Notes under the pieces: model-generated
Told to the model about the DNA's origin: nothing
Database searches by the model: none
Seen by the model: only the letters and a program-made list of their open reading frames with translations
Made by a program: the position numbers and the translations under genes
Assembly (NCBI GenBank): GCA_000934665.2
Contig: KZ538345.1
Coordinates: 62,001-83,576 of the forward strand
Reading direction: 5' to 3'
Source: Catajapyx aquilonaris
Taxonomy: Eukaryota
Length of the DNA stretch: 21,576 bases
Part shown: piece by piece, positions 1 through 12,928 of the stretch
Numbering within the stretch: the first letter of the stretch is position 1
How the letters are laid out: each line of letters starts with the position of its first letter

Positions 1-1490
1 CAGTATCAGGTCTTTAAAGTGTCAGCCGAGCTGCCCTTTCCAGCAGTCAAATTAGGCTCAAAATAAATTTGGGCACCGCGTTTTGATTCATTTTTGTACG
101 AAACGTCTCAGGGAAGTCTCCTTCGGAAGTCTGCCAAGAAAGAAAGAAAGAAAAAAAAAACTGGCGGTTTACTCATGGGACCACGCTTCATCCTCTGGGA
201 AAATCAAAGAGTTTGTTTGTTCTAATGGAGGGAGCAGGAGAAACCGCCATGTTCTTTTGCTCTGGATTTGAAAACGACAGGAGTGAGCCAGAAAGATAAG
301 AATCAAATACTGCAAAGCCAAATAATCACCATCCCTTCACAAATATTTGGTTAGGTCGAAGGTCGCCAGGCATATACCTTAATAGGGGAAACCATGTGGA
401 CGTTTATGTCTGTTATGCACTTATGACGTTGTGTGTCTGAAGGGCTAGTATACGTATAGGTCCGTTGATGATGTCGTGCAGGTCCATAACACTGTCACGT
501 TTGTTGCCATTAACTGTGATATTAATAGCATTCAAGTCAATGGGCGGTCGGAGCAAAATATATTTCCTTAAGAAACTATTATTGGCGCTCTCGTTTGGCA
601 CTACCTTGGAAGATCTCCATTCCAGTATTTCTTACATCAAAGACACTTCCTATTCGTATCCCATTTTTAGCAATGTCATTATGCAACAGGTTGTACCACT
701 CCAGCATTCTCATATTAAAGCCAAAATGAGCTACTGACTAATTGAACGTCCTTTACAACGCAATTCAAAAGTGACTCCAACAGTCACACGTTTTGAAATT
801 GACATAATTATTACCTGGGCAGTGTTTATTAGGCGCCACATCCTCGACTCCACCTGAGACCATCCTTTCCAGCCCCTAACCGACTCCTTACAGAGTACGC
901 CCACGGGCCATCTGCACAGGGCAGAACCAGTTTTGGAGCACTTCTAGAGGGAGGACCAACCATCAGGAGTACGTCGGTGCTGTTGGCCAAAACGTGTGCC
1001 ATAAATTACAGGCCAGAGGTTGGGTAGGGGGCAAAAAAGGGTAAGTGACGGATGACGGATAAAGGAAATGAAAATGGCCACCACCGGAAGTTGAGACGTT
1101 ATTTTTATTGGTGGAGCTGACCTGAGAGAGATTTATAGCGTTTATCCGGACTAGTTACGTTGTAAGGCTCGGGAGCTAAGGAGGGCAATCAGCATAACAA
1201 TGCACACTGACGGTAAAGTTGCCCACTTTTTGCTCCTTTCCTTAAAGGGTGCTCCTCCACTTCCAAGTGTTTAATCCGCTTAATGTCGTGTACTCTGTCC
1301 GATGTCCCGATTGCAGGGACCACCTTGAAGCTGAATACAAATTGCGAACTTGCCCTCTTTGGCGTGAAGTCTTGATCACTTGGAGGGATATCAGGGTGGC
1401 GCCCAATTCAAATGGGTGCCAATGACCTGAGTTCGATCCGTGGTGGGGCTTGTTGTCCATGATTGACATGATTCAACTTGCTATTTCCAG

Positions 1491-1679
1491 CCTGCAACTG
1501 CAACCTGCACGCTCGCCGTTGCCGGTTCAACATGGAGCTGTACAAATTGTCCGGACGGGTCTCAGGCGGCGTGTGTCTCAAATGCCGACACAACACGGCG
1601 GGTCGACATTGCCACTACTGCAAGGAGGGTTTCTACAGGGACCCATCTAAACCCATCACCCATCGCAAGGCCTGCAAAG
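1491..1679 (+). CDS. Net: Netrin internal exon encoding laminin-type EGF repeat V-2 ([63 protein letters not shown])
   Basis: Translation is nearly identical to the V-2 repeat of netrin-1/UNC-6/NetA-B. Acceptor ctatttccAG ends at 1490 and donor AAG|GTAGGC starts at 1680. Length is 189 nt, phase 1-1. Confidence 0.98.
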
Positions 1680-2414
1680 GTAGGCCTGCTCACTTTGCTC
1701 ATTCAAGTGTATGCAACGAGGAACAGTCCCATGCTGTACAAGATAGGACGGTAAGGCTTTGCACGTGTGAGTGTGTGAGACGAGTGTGTGTGTTGGTAGT
1801 GGAAATCAAGGGCAACCTTTTTTAGGTGAATGATGCATGCCAGAAACGTCGCCAAAACCTTTTTCCTCCACCTTGACACCTTCCCAAACACGTTCGTATC
1901 CAAAGCAAAGCAGACATCGATCCCCAGACCATATGACAGCCTGCGTCAGCTTATGTAACGACCCAGTTTTCGATTTTCTGCGCTTCTCCTGTCGAGGGTG
2001 CTGGAAGCTCATTTGGGTGACAATCGTGGGGACGTGTGGGAGGAGAAGGACCTTTTCTGCTGTGAGATTCTCATTCATGCTCCAGCCCTCCTTTATAAGC
2101 GCCCTTCACTCTCGGCGCTCAGGGTGACAGCGGGCTCTATGCCTCATTTCAGTTCGGAGGATTGCGTTTAGTATACAGTCTTCAGCGAGAATTGTCGTTA
2201 GCAGTTGTGTAGTTCAGTGCCTGCCTGATAATAGTTATTATTAACTTTGGAATATGTGGGGATAAAAAATTCACGCGATGTTGGACAGAGCACAGAGGGC
2301 TGGTGAAATGTATAATATTTGACTGATATCAAGATGTGACGTTATGAAGTGTTAAGATTGCATTAACTTTGAAGATACACGAAGAATTCCGCAACATATA
2401 AGTACAGTTTAGAC

Positions 2415-2784
2415 CAGGGGTGGGCAAACTTTTTTCTCCGTGAGCCACATAGAGATTTTTTAAAAAAATGACGGGCCGCATCTAACAAAAGAAATTTCAA
2501 CTGATTAAGAAGTTTACAATTATATACCGGTATCCATAGTTTTAAATGAACTTTCATTAATTGCATAAATTATCATTAAATTCTCTGAAAATCGATAAAA
2601 TTAGCTAAATATATCAATGAAAATGGCCTGTATAAATTTTTAAAAAACCACATTTTTGTGAATTTAAAAGAAAGGCACAGGCATAAAATTTGGCAATTTT
2701 AATTTTTCAACATTTTCAGGAATACCGAAATTTTTGCGCGGGCCGCGCAAATTGTCTTCGCGGGCCGTAGTTTGCCCACCCTTG
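2415..2784. mobile_element. Non-autonomous hAT (Charlie/Buster-like) MITE, 370 bp
   Basis: 16-bp TIRs CAGGGGTGGGCAAACT (2415-2430) / AGTTTGCCCACCCTTG (2769-2784), 1 mismatch. Perfect 8-bp TSD GTTTAGAC at 2407-2414 and 2785-2792 with central TA. Subterminal CGGGCCG motifs. Confidence 0.93.
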
Positions 2785-5700
2785 GTTTAGACCGTCAATA
2801 GAGCACTGTAAGCCTATTCACTGTAATTTACGTGCAGGAAGCCCCAGAAACTTCTATACACAATATTTGGGAGCCTGCTGAAATATCGGAGGCAAATATG
2901 GCTAGCAAAACTTATTAGTGTACACCTACAGGTATAAAAACTCTACAGTGTTGAAAGTTGCACTATAAGTCTGCCAAAATGTGAATAGATGACCTAATAA
3001 CGTCTATTTTGTTTCTCTCGGGGCGGTATTTGCTTCCTTGTCATGCACCGGCAGGATGAGGAAATGGATGGAAGCTCTTGATGTAACCCCCTCTTGTAAT
3101 ATTCCTGAGTGGGATATGTATTCAAGCGTTTCACTCTGGTGTTTAGTACCGGGAGAGGTTATTATCTAACCACATAAGACGCAGCAGCCCGGGTATGTTC
3201 CAAAACAAAAACACGCATTCGTCTTTTCCCCGCTCATGCACACATCTCGTATCTCTCGAGAACACTGGCAGGCTATACATAAAACCGGAACCCTAAAATT
3301 AGTTGACCCAATTTAGAAACTCCTGCTATAGTCCCAGAAGATAGGTAGGTACAGTACTTATCCATAAACACCTGAAAATTAAAATTTGCGAATGTTCTTA
3401 ATTGAGCAGGAAAATTTCAAATATTTTTACTTGTACAAATGGCAGACTTGCAATGTCAAATGAAATGGCATCCTTGGACTTGAGCTTGCCCTTAGTGGGA
3501 CTGACGCGTTACAATGCGCTTATTTCTCTGCATAAATTGAGTCGAAGCGAAGTCCCACAGCGCCAATGGCGCCATGTCAAGATTCCAAGATGGTCGGGGC
3601 CAAGGTTGACCCCCCTCGTTTGAGTTACGCTCTAGCTCACACTTGGCACTGCAGGATACTCTTATGGATTGGCTGCCCAACAAAAGGCTGTTCGACACAG
3701 ATGCATATTCAATGGCGTCATTAGTCTGGAGGGGTTATTGGTCAACCAAGCTAGAAAAGGGACCAAGAAAGAAGAAGGAAAAAAAAACCGCGCGGAGTAA
3801 TGGGGCGTTTATGGTCTGGGGTCAAAATTGCGTGTCGAATTTGAAAATTAAAATGAATTAAATGTGGAACATTTTTACGACACTAAGGATTTACGTGTAC
3901 ATAACCAATCCCTGCGTACCTGCTAAGAACCAAGCCAAGTAATAAATGGCAAATAAATAACATTATTTAAAATTAATGAGTAAAAAATGATCGGTAGCTG
4001 AGATATAAAAAAGTGTTTTCTCAGACACGTTTTAAAAGGCGTTTTTTTTGCACACTACAATGCTTCTTACTTCCTATCCTCAAACATAAATGAAGCTACC
4101 CCCTGCAGTTGTGTCTTCATTATCTCCCTACCTGAAGAGCGCAACGTTCGGAAGCTTCTATAAATCAATTAGTTAATAGCCACCCAGCATGGTTTTTTGA
4201 TTGTATATTACGAATATATAATTGATATCGTAAAATAATATTTTAAAGATAAAATAGACCGAATCTACATTTTTTTAAAAATACCAAAAATGCGATTATA
4301 AATAGGAAAGGAACATAATCCAATCAGCCCCATTTTTGTGTATAATTGCTAATGGCATAAGTGCCTAGTTCCTCATTAGGCAAAAGTCTCGACTTGAAAC
4401 CGTCCTGGAAGCGCGTGACTTTCGGTCCATCCGGTATATATTGGGAAGGGGAGAGTCGTCCGGAAGGGAAGCTAATTGAAGTTGAAAAGCAGTCGGCGGG
4501 CGCGAGCGTCACGGCCACAGCTCGACGCTCTCGCCCCTCGACCTCTAGGGCAGCTGTGACCCCACTGTGACCCTTCTCTCCACGCTTCGTTCGCCATCCA
4601 CGCACCAAAATGGATTTTCCCCAAAAAAAGAAAGAACTTTTTCCCCTCTCTCAGGAACAAAATTTGCATAATTATTGTCCCCAAACTATTGATTCATTAA
4701 TTCTAGCAATTTTTTGAGGGTCAAGTTCGAACCCAGCCCCCCCCTTTTTGGAAATACACTCCCGACGTCTGTCAGTCGATTGACCCGCCTTGTAACGGTG
4801 CGGTGCCACGCTGTCTGGCACTGGAATGTCCCGTTTAGACGCGGGCCACTTTTACTCATGGCCACATTTTTTAGGAGGGGCGGAAGAGGCTTTGGACCCA
4901 TTCCATGATAGACCTTTGGAGCAGGATCTTTGCACCAACTTTCGGTACATTTTGAACGATCTGTGGGTGTCAAGATCAGCGTGTTCAGCCTTATTGATGA
5001 TGTAGGAACCGGTGAAACTAGCATGGAACTGGGCCGACACCAGTGATATTCGACCGAGAAAGCGCACCTGCTCCAAACAACCCACGTGGGTTGCTGCCAT
5101 TTCCAACATAGGGGCTGGCGAAGGTAGGGTTGGTGGGGGTGTCTAAATTTGGCCTCTTCTGATTCTTCCTGGCCAACCACCCTGCTTGTGCTGGCAGTCT
5201 GCAATCGTCAGCAGAATCAGAGAAAAAGTGCCAGCTTCCGTCTACATGAAGCTATCAGCTGCCGAGTTTCATATTTAGCCGGGTGTTAGCCACCTCCGGA
5301 TGCTGGACGAGATATAGTATGCCTCGTTTTTCACTTGTAACAAATTGTAATGTGCAAAAGATTTGTCAAAACTAAAAGCTTCGCTTTATGTCTTTCTCGG
5401 AGCCAGATGAGTTAATGGTGTTATTGTGACGCGAATATTATGTTGTGAAGGGTGCAAGTCTAAACATGGACACTTTCAGGGTATCGACCTTTGTAAGTAT
5501 GCAATGAAAGGTAATGAGAGAAAACTCTCTCAGCACGAACTATTTACATGAGAAATTCTGCCCAATCATTCAATATAAAGTAATTGTTTTTTAAAAACAT
5601 TTGAGGAACATCATTTTCAGCCAAGTTCATTTTCACTCGTAAATCGGCGCGATTTATGGGCTGAGGCGTTACCGTACCTTATCATCAACGCAACTGAATC

Positions 5701-8162
5701 CGTCGTCTCCCACTCGTTCACACGTTTGGTTAGTGACGACTTCTTCAGTCAGTGCCGGGTATTTTTGGGACACATTCTTGAAACTATTTTGTCCAACTAT
5801 GCTTTGATGCCTGGGTGGGGTTCTTTTTCGCGGTCGCTTTGAAGGGAGGAATAATGGGAGCTAATGAGATCAATGTTGCAATTGAAATGTACGTAGTAGC
5901 TAGCGAGTTTCTAACACTGCTAATTTTTAAGGAGTTAACTTTGGAACAGCTATTGAAAGAAGATATGAAACAGTTAGATTGGAAGCATCACTTCAAGTGA
6001 TGAATTGAAATTAATTGTCCAGCTTATGGCATTAAGAGTGACATATTGGCACCTGAGGTCGTGGTTGAACCTCGTTTTTGTAGTCTATAGACCTTCCGGC
6101 ATTAGTTGGCATTAGTTCTTCCATTCAACATAATATTAGCGGCTAATATTTTAAGCCTTTAACAATAGCTGTAACAAAGTACCTGCTTAAAAATAAGTAG
6201 CTCAATTCTAATTGAAATACATATTGAGTACTTTGCTTAGGCGCGCTACATAAATGCGTTAATGTAATGTTGCACAACAATAAGAAGCAAGATAACAGTT
6301 GGAACGTGACCATTTAGGACCTTCGACCTTGATTTACATACTGCACTGAATTACATCTCAAAAGGTACTTGGCTTGTCAGCTGTGTCTGAGAGGCTAGAG
6401 TGCTGTATACACTTGTCATCATAACACAAGCCGAAACTGGAATAACTAGTGGATGTAACTTGTCCGAGTCACCCACGCGATATTGTCTTACAAGGATAGA
6501 GCAGGTAGTATTTTTTGTGGTATAGAAGGCCGCAAGTCACCTTCTATCAACGGCATATCTTGCACATATAGAGAGACAAGTACTGATCATTGGACAAGGT
6601 TCCAATTTTAGAAATATGACGCCCTCAAATGCAGAACAATCACAGCCACATTGCAATGATGTCAAGATATGAACATTTCATTAACCATAATGAGAGATTT
6701 ATTTTGAGAATATTTTTAAATGCGACTGTTCTTGCCATCGCTTTTAATTAATTAAAATGCTGATATACCCTAATGTAGTATTTGTACAGTAAAAGTTCGC
6801 CTTAGTAGATAATTTAAAATATTCTGCAATGCGTATATTCCCACCATAGCCACAAGCAAGCAACCTGTCGCCTTGAAGTGTCTAACATAAAGTTCACCCT
6901 GAACTCCTGTAGTACAACCCCCAAGGTTATCACCCAGACAAGTTTCGCACAAAGTTCTGCCCCAGAGGACGTACAGTATACTAATTACGGTGGTCTACAT
7001 GTCCCGATAACACCCTCTGACATCTGACAAACTCGAGCAAGCTTCTCCTCGCTAGTGACCTGCCATCTCTCCGCTGCTTGATCAACTTCACATCAGTTCT
7101 AACTTTTTTATTTATTTATTTTTCCCGGTCCCGGTTTTCCTGGCTATCGTCTCGAAAGTTTGTTCAGATTGACCCAAGTACTCCAAGTGTCTACATAGCA
7201 GTCAACGAGCGAGAATCGAAATGTGTTATTGTTGGAAGGAATGTCTTTTCCAAGTTGAGCATCTTGCCACCTTGACTATAGTGTTATCCCAGTTTCTCTA
7301 GAGAAGGAACGGGGTTGGATGGGTGTAAGGGTAGAAGACGGCAACAAAAGCCCCTTTATTACTTTTACGGTCTGAAATTCATCCTTCTCGTTCATCTTCC
7401 TTTCCTCCAACCTGATTCCAATAGTAGGTGTGGAGGGTAGGAATGGAACAGGGTTGGGGGAGAGAGGTTGATGAAAGAGCCAGGGGCGCCAACCAACATT
7501 TGGCTTTGGCAGCTCCATACTCCCCCTAAAAGCTGACTTGGGGAAAAAAAAGAAGAAAATAATAATAAAAAAAGCTGGGATCTCCCCGTCCTGAGGCAAA
7601 ACCCTGTCACAAGTCTACCCCAACTTGTGAGTTAGTTTCGGGTTGGGGATCCGATACATGTACAGTTGGAGGCCTGGAGTCTATGGAAAGTATGGAGACT
7701 GAAGTCAAGCTTCTAGATAACATTACTGGATTGGATCGGTGCTGATGACCTGGGGTCAGTCCTAACAGCTGTTTTTGGGCACACAAGCCGGGAGTAATTA
7801 GGGGGTGGGTGAGGGTGTTTAATCGTGTGTGTGAGAGAGAGTGTGCCATATGCGTGATCGGGATGAGAGGAGCTCATTTGCATTATATTGCTCCTCAAAT
7901 CCTTAGTGATTACACCGCAATTGAAACGTGATATAGGTAGTCCACTGACACGAGGCTGAGGGATGAAGGATGCTGGTGGCAGATGGAGCATCAACACGCT
8001 AAAGATTGCCCAACACAAACTAGCCTATATACTATAAGTGCAAATCCAGATTTATTACAAATTTGACGTATGAAGAGTAATACAATCATTATTTAACCAT
8101 ATCTGGGGTCATATTTGCTTCCAACCCAACTACTGACGACAACTGACGTTTCCCATTCCTAA

Positions 8163-8465
<303 letters not shown>

Positions 8466-9059
8466 TAAATAAAATAACTACCGTGCCTTTCAATGCCCCA
8501 TTATTGAGGGTTCCTCCAACCCTCAAAGAAGCTACAGGGAGGGAGGGGGGGGGGGACTTCGTTAATTGCGGCACGCGTCTCTGCAACACTCACGTCACCT
8601 GTTATTAAGTCATTTGTGTTGCTTGCGATGTAGAGTTACTCGCCATGGAAACGTTTTCCTACCTAGTGTGTGCTGTCGTACTGCGTAATTGCATGGGCTG
8701 GGGAAAATTATATTATCTGCCTAGGAATCGAAGCTATTTACCCAGGGGTAATAGAAGCTAGACATTCGACAGGCATGTTGTTGTATAGGGGAATTCGTAA
8801 TGGTCAGAAGCTTTAATATACCGCTATACAGTGCAGTGTGTTAGATGTTTTGACTGCTACAGTGTTGATACGCCTAAGGTAGGGCGTACTTGACATGTCA
8901 AGGTGTTTATTTAATTATTTATTCAAAAATAATTGCTATACGAAACAAAACCTGTTTAATACCACACATCTGAGTAATATTAGTTTTTTTTGTGCAATTT
9001 GGCAGTTCATACTAGATCAGCCCCCGGAAACTCCCGGTCTACCCATACGGGGAAGGCCG

Positions 9060-9239
9060 TGCGCTTAGCCAGTCCGCTATCCCCGGATGTGGAGCCTCTG
9101 TATCAAATCGCCTTCGGGCCGATGACTATACTGAACCGTCCTGAAGGTGTAGGTAGGTTCAGGACGGTTCAGTAGTCGTCGGCCCTAATAAGTTTTGATA
9201 CAGGGCTCCACATCCGGGGATAGGGACTCGTTAAGCGCA
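9060..9239. repeat. Long imperfect inverted repeat (foldback), arms ~86/82 nt with a 12-nt loop; probably the core of a MITE that may extend ~9019-9284
   Basis: 9060-9145 is complementary to 9158-9239, including perfect helices CTATCCCCGGATGTGGAGCC (20 bp) and TACTGAACCGTCCTGAA (17 bp). No clear TSD. Confidence 0.9.
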
Positions 9240-10542
9240 AGCGAAAAGAGAGTTGCCGTACTATAGACTGTGCGAGACGAGGCTCAGATTGTTATAGACA
9301 GCGATTAAAACACACAGTTTTGCAGCCTTTTAAACTGCAGTAAGAGTCTGTAAAAAGTCAGACTACTACTACTCTGACCTAGCAATTAATAACCGCTCCT
9401 GATGATCAGCGACAAATGTGTGCATGTGAGAAATGTGGAAAATAATGACAAATTGAACGAAAGTGATAGATTTGTGCTAAGTTTGCTAGTATGAAACATA
9501 ATCGTACATACGAGTTCATGACGTTTCAATCATAAAAGGTTGGAATTTACATCCTAATGTTGAGTAACTGTTGGTAGGCCTAATGTGATTCAGTAAGTCG
9601 TATTATTCCATAAGCTTTCTTGTGCATTTTCATGATGACTCACTTTCGAAAAAAGCGAAACATATGTCTCAGAAATGTTTGGATATATGCAGTAGAGGGG
9701 TTCATAACATTCACTATTGTACTAATCCGCTGCAATATTATTGCTGAGGCAATCATGTGCATCATTTTATGAAGCTCATTTTCTTAGAGCAATAATGGTA
9801 AAATCCAATAAATACACCTTGTATTTTGAGATACGCGTAACTTCATATATTTTTTTTTGGCCTTCAACCCCTTCATTTGTTATAAGTAATGGAAATTATA
9901 AATGCAATAATCTCACTCCAAAGAATCTTGCTACAATATCAAGTACCTCTGACATTAGATAACAAGTACTCTCATTTTGACCTGTTCGAATTTGGCCGGA
10001 CATGCATTTCATGTTTTATACTCTATTCCCATCAAATTATCCTAATTGATTTCAACGAACGCTATCGAAGAAAGTAAGAAAAATTAATTCATGAAAAGCA
10101 ATAGTTGCAAGTGTCACAATGCTCTCTTCGTACTACAGAGTAGTACAGCAACTTATATAAGTCTTCATCACTTCCTGACATTTGATAAATGACACGGGAT
10201 AACTTGCCAATACCTTTCCGGCGAAAAGTAATAAAGGAAGACACAACGCAGAGCGTGAAGCATCACATAGTAATCACCTGCTGGGGATACCTCGTCGTGT
10301 TATGAATTTATATACTGGTATCCCACGACCAAGAGCATATAAAAAAACAATCGACTAACGACTTATGGGCCCCATGCCTTTCCCATTTAGCTGCTCTTAT
10401 AACATTTTTCCCTCCCTGGCCCGACCTAATAATCGTAGATTGGGCAAATTGGCGGGGGAGGGCGGGAAGACATTAGTCTGCAACATATGTCATTAGCTCC
10501 GGCCGAATCTTAGAGGAGAAGAGAGATAGGGTATGTTGTGAT

Positions 10543-11175
<633 letters not shown>

Positions 11176-12398
11176 CAAATTAATTAGCGTGTTGCAGTGG
11201 GGGGAAAACCGCAGGAAAGATGAGTATATCAAAGGCCCGAGATAGAGGGCGCTAATTGCTTTTAGCCGCCTGGGTCAGAGGTCGCAGGACGAATTCTAAC
11301 TGAGTCACAAAGATTTTGACCTCTAGTTAAAATAAAAGTGTATATAGCGTTCAACTCTCGAGTTATGAATTTGGTTAATCCGAGAGAAATTGCACCAGAA
11401 GCTCATATTCAGCTTCACAATAAGGTCGGGAGGTTCTGTTGAATTATTAGAGGAAAACACTGTAAATATTTTAATAATTATTATTGAATATACCGTAATT
11501 ATTTAAATTTCATATTTCCTCCATACCATGACTTTAGAGTTATGACGGTTGGATAGCACCAGAATATATGGGTTAATTATTAGGTCAGTGTAGGTGCAGT
11601 AAATGGCAAAATTATTAATGGTTTAGGTACAGTATTATATACTTAGATGCACATGTCATATAAGACGAAACAATTGAACATAAGCATTATACGTACAGTA
11701 TATTTGTAAATTGAGTTCTTGGGTCAATATTGCTGAATGGTCAAATTGTGTATGGTAACGAAAGTTATTTTCCAACCTTAATTGATTTACTGCAGTCTCT
11801 GACCATTATTTTTTAAACAAAATAATACACGTATATGACTTACAAATTACTAAGTGTGGTTTGAGATTGGTTGAAATATCATTATTTAAGAAGAGAAAAT
11901 GTGCAGTAACTGAAGTGACAGGTGAAAAATACTACCCTCTAATTGGGCTTCGGTTTCTTGGAAGTCTTTGAGAGACTCTTTTATTTAATTTCCTTTATTA
12001 CCCTTGCGGAGTTAGGACCCAAAGGCTTCCTAATTGCAAATACCCCTGTCGTTGACACTTCTCCTGCAGCGCAATCCATGCAGTCAGCAGTTCCCAGTCG
12101 TAATGCACTCTAGTCCTGATTAATGAACCATTTAGCCAGAGCTCTAATCGCAAGCAACACGCTCAAAGTTTGGGAGCTACAAGGTGATAACCGTATGAAT
12201 AATTTTGGCCGGAATGAAGCGATTCTAATTAACCGTTTCATAGCTCCTTCTCTGATTCTTCTATTTATTCTTGGAGCGTAGAACTAACAATTTTCCTCAC
12301 TTTGAACGTTTTAACCTATCAGATCCGTGCACTTCGGTGCCAGAATGCATCTGATAGTAGTGGTGATTGGGATTAGCATCGTGTGGCACTTTTTTCAG

Positions 12399-12458
12399 AA
12401 ATCCCCAAGATAGCATCGACGGCAGCTTCTACCAATGCTGGAGGAGGAGGCAGCCGAG
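12399..12458 (+). CDS. Net: Netrin 60-nt linker exon between domain V and the NTR/C domain ((K)IPKIASTAASTNAGGGGSR)
   Basis: Strong acceptor cacttttttcAG and donor GAG|GTGAGC; phase 1-1; no stop. It completes the conserved PCIKIP junction and contains STAAS, like the TTAAS linker in the short equivalent exon of vertebrate netrin-1. Too short for the ORF track. Confidence 0.85.
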
Positions 12459-12928
12459 GTGAGCTACACTAGCAGGTCATGACCCCAGGTCATGCTTGGA
12501 TGGTCCTGCTGGCAAGTGTCCGCAGCCGCGTTCGATCGCCCACCACTGCTCATCAACAATACAACCCTCTTTTTGTTGAATATCTATGGGAGGAATCCGA
12601 CAAGATCTTCCGGGCATGGGTGTGGGATTTTATACTGCTGGCCACATTCATCAGGGTGTGTCACAAGGCTCGATAAATACTGGTGGGGATTACTCACGTT
12701 GAGTGACACTTTGCTCACTGGAAGGGTGGCAATTGGGGTGCAACCCCATTTGTTCAGTATTTAGCGATTCGTTGGGTGCTACTCTTTCATTCAGATTAAT
12801 TATTATTGGAATATGCAGCATCTGGGGTAGGTCTCATTCAAGTGATTGGGAATGGCTCGAATGGCATGTATTTTCTGGCCAAGAGAGGGCACTAGTTTAT
12901 CGCCTCTAGCTGTCAAGAAATGAACTTA

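Noticed and set aside
1392..1448. tRNA or SINE head suggested by GAGTTCGATCC (B-box-like) and upstream TGGCGCCC
   Set aside because: No cloverleaf, SINE body, tail or TSD; at most a decayed fragment.
4131..4156. Hammerhead ribozyme-like CTGAAGA...CGGAAG
   Set aside because: Lacks the conserved GAAA, stem II is out of register, and no stems I/III with an NUH site were found.
4686..5204. Longest ORF (172 aa, minus strand) and overlapping 85-aa ORF with an RFLG motif
   Set aside because: No recognisable domain, antisense within an intron, and the RT-like FLG resemblance is too short to support.
9399..9418. CTGATGA hammerhead-core-like motif
   Set aside because: Followed by CAAA rather than GAAA, with no supporting helices.
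12479..12909. Overlapping ORFs just downstream of the linker exon as possible further netrin coding sequence
   Set aside because: No NTR-domain signature (CxxC...KYCKRDY) in the listed frames; read-through of the donor stops at TAG after four codons.
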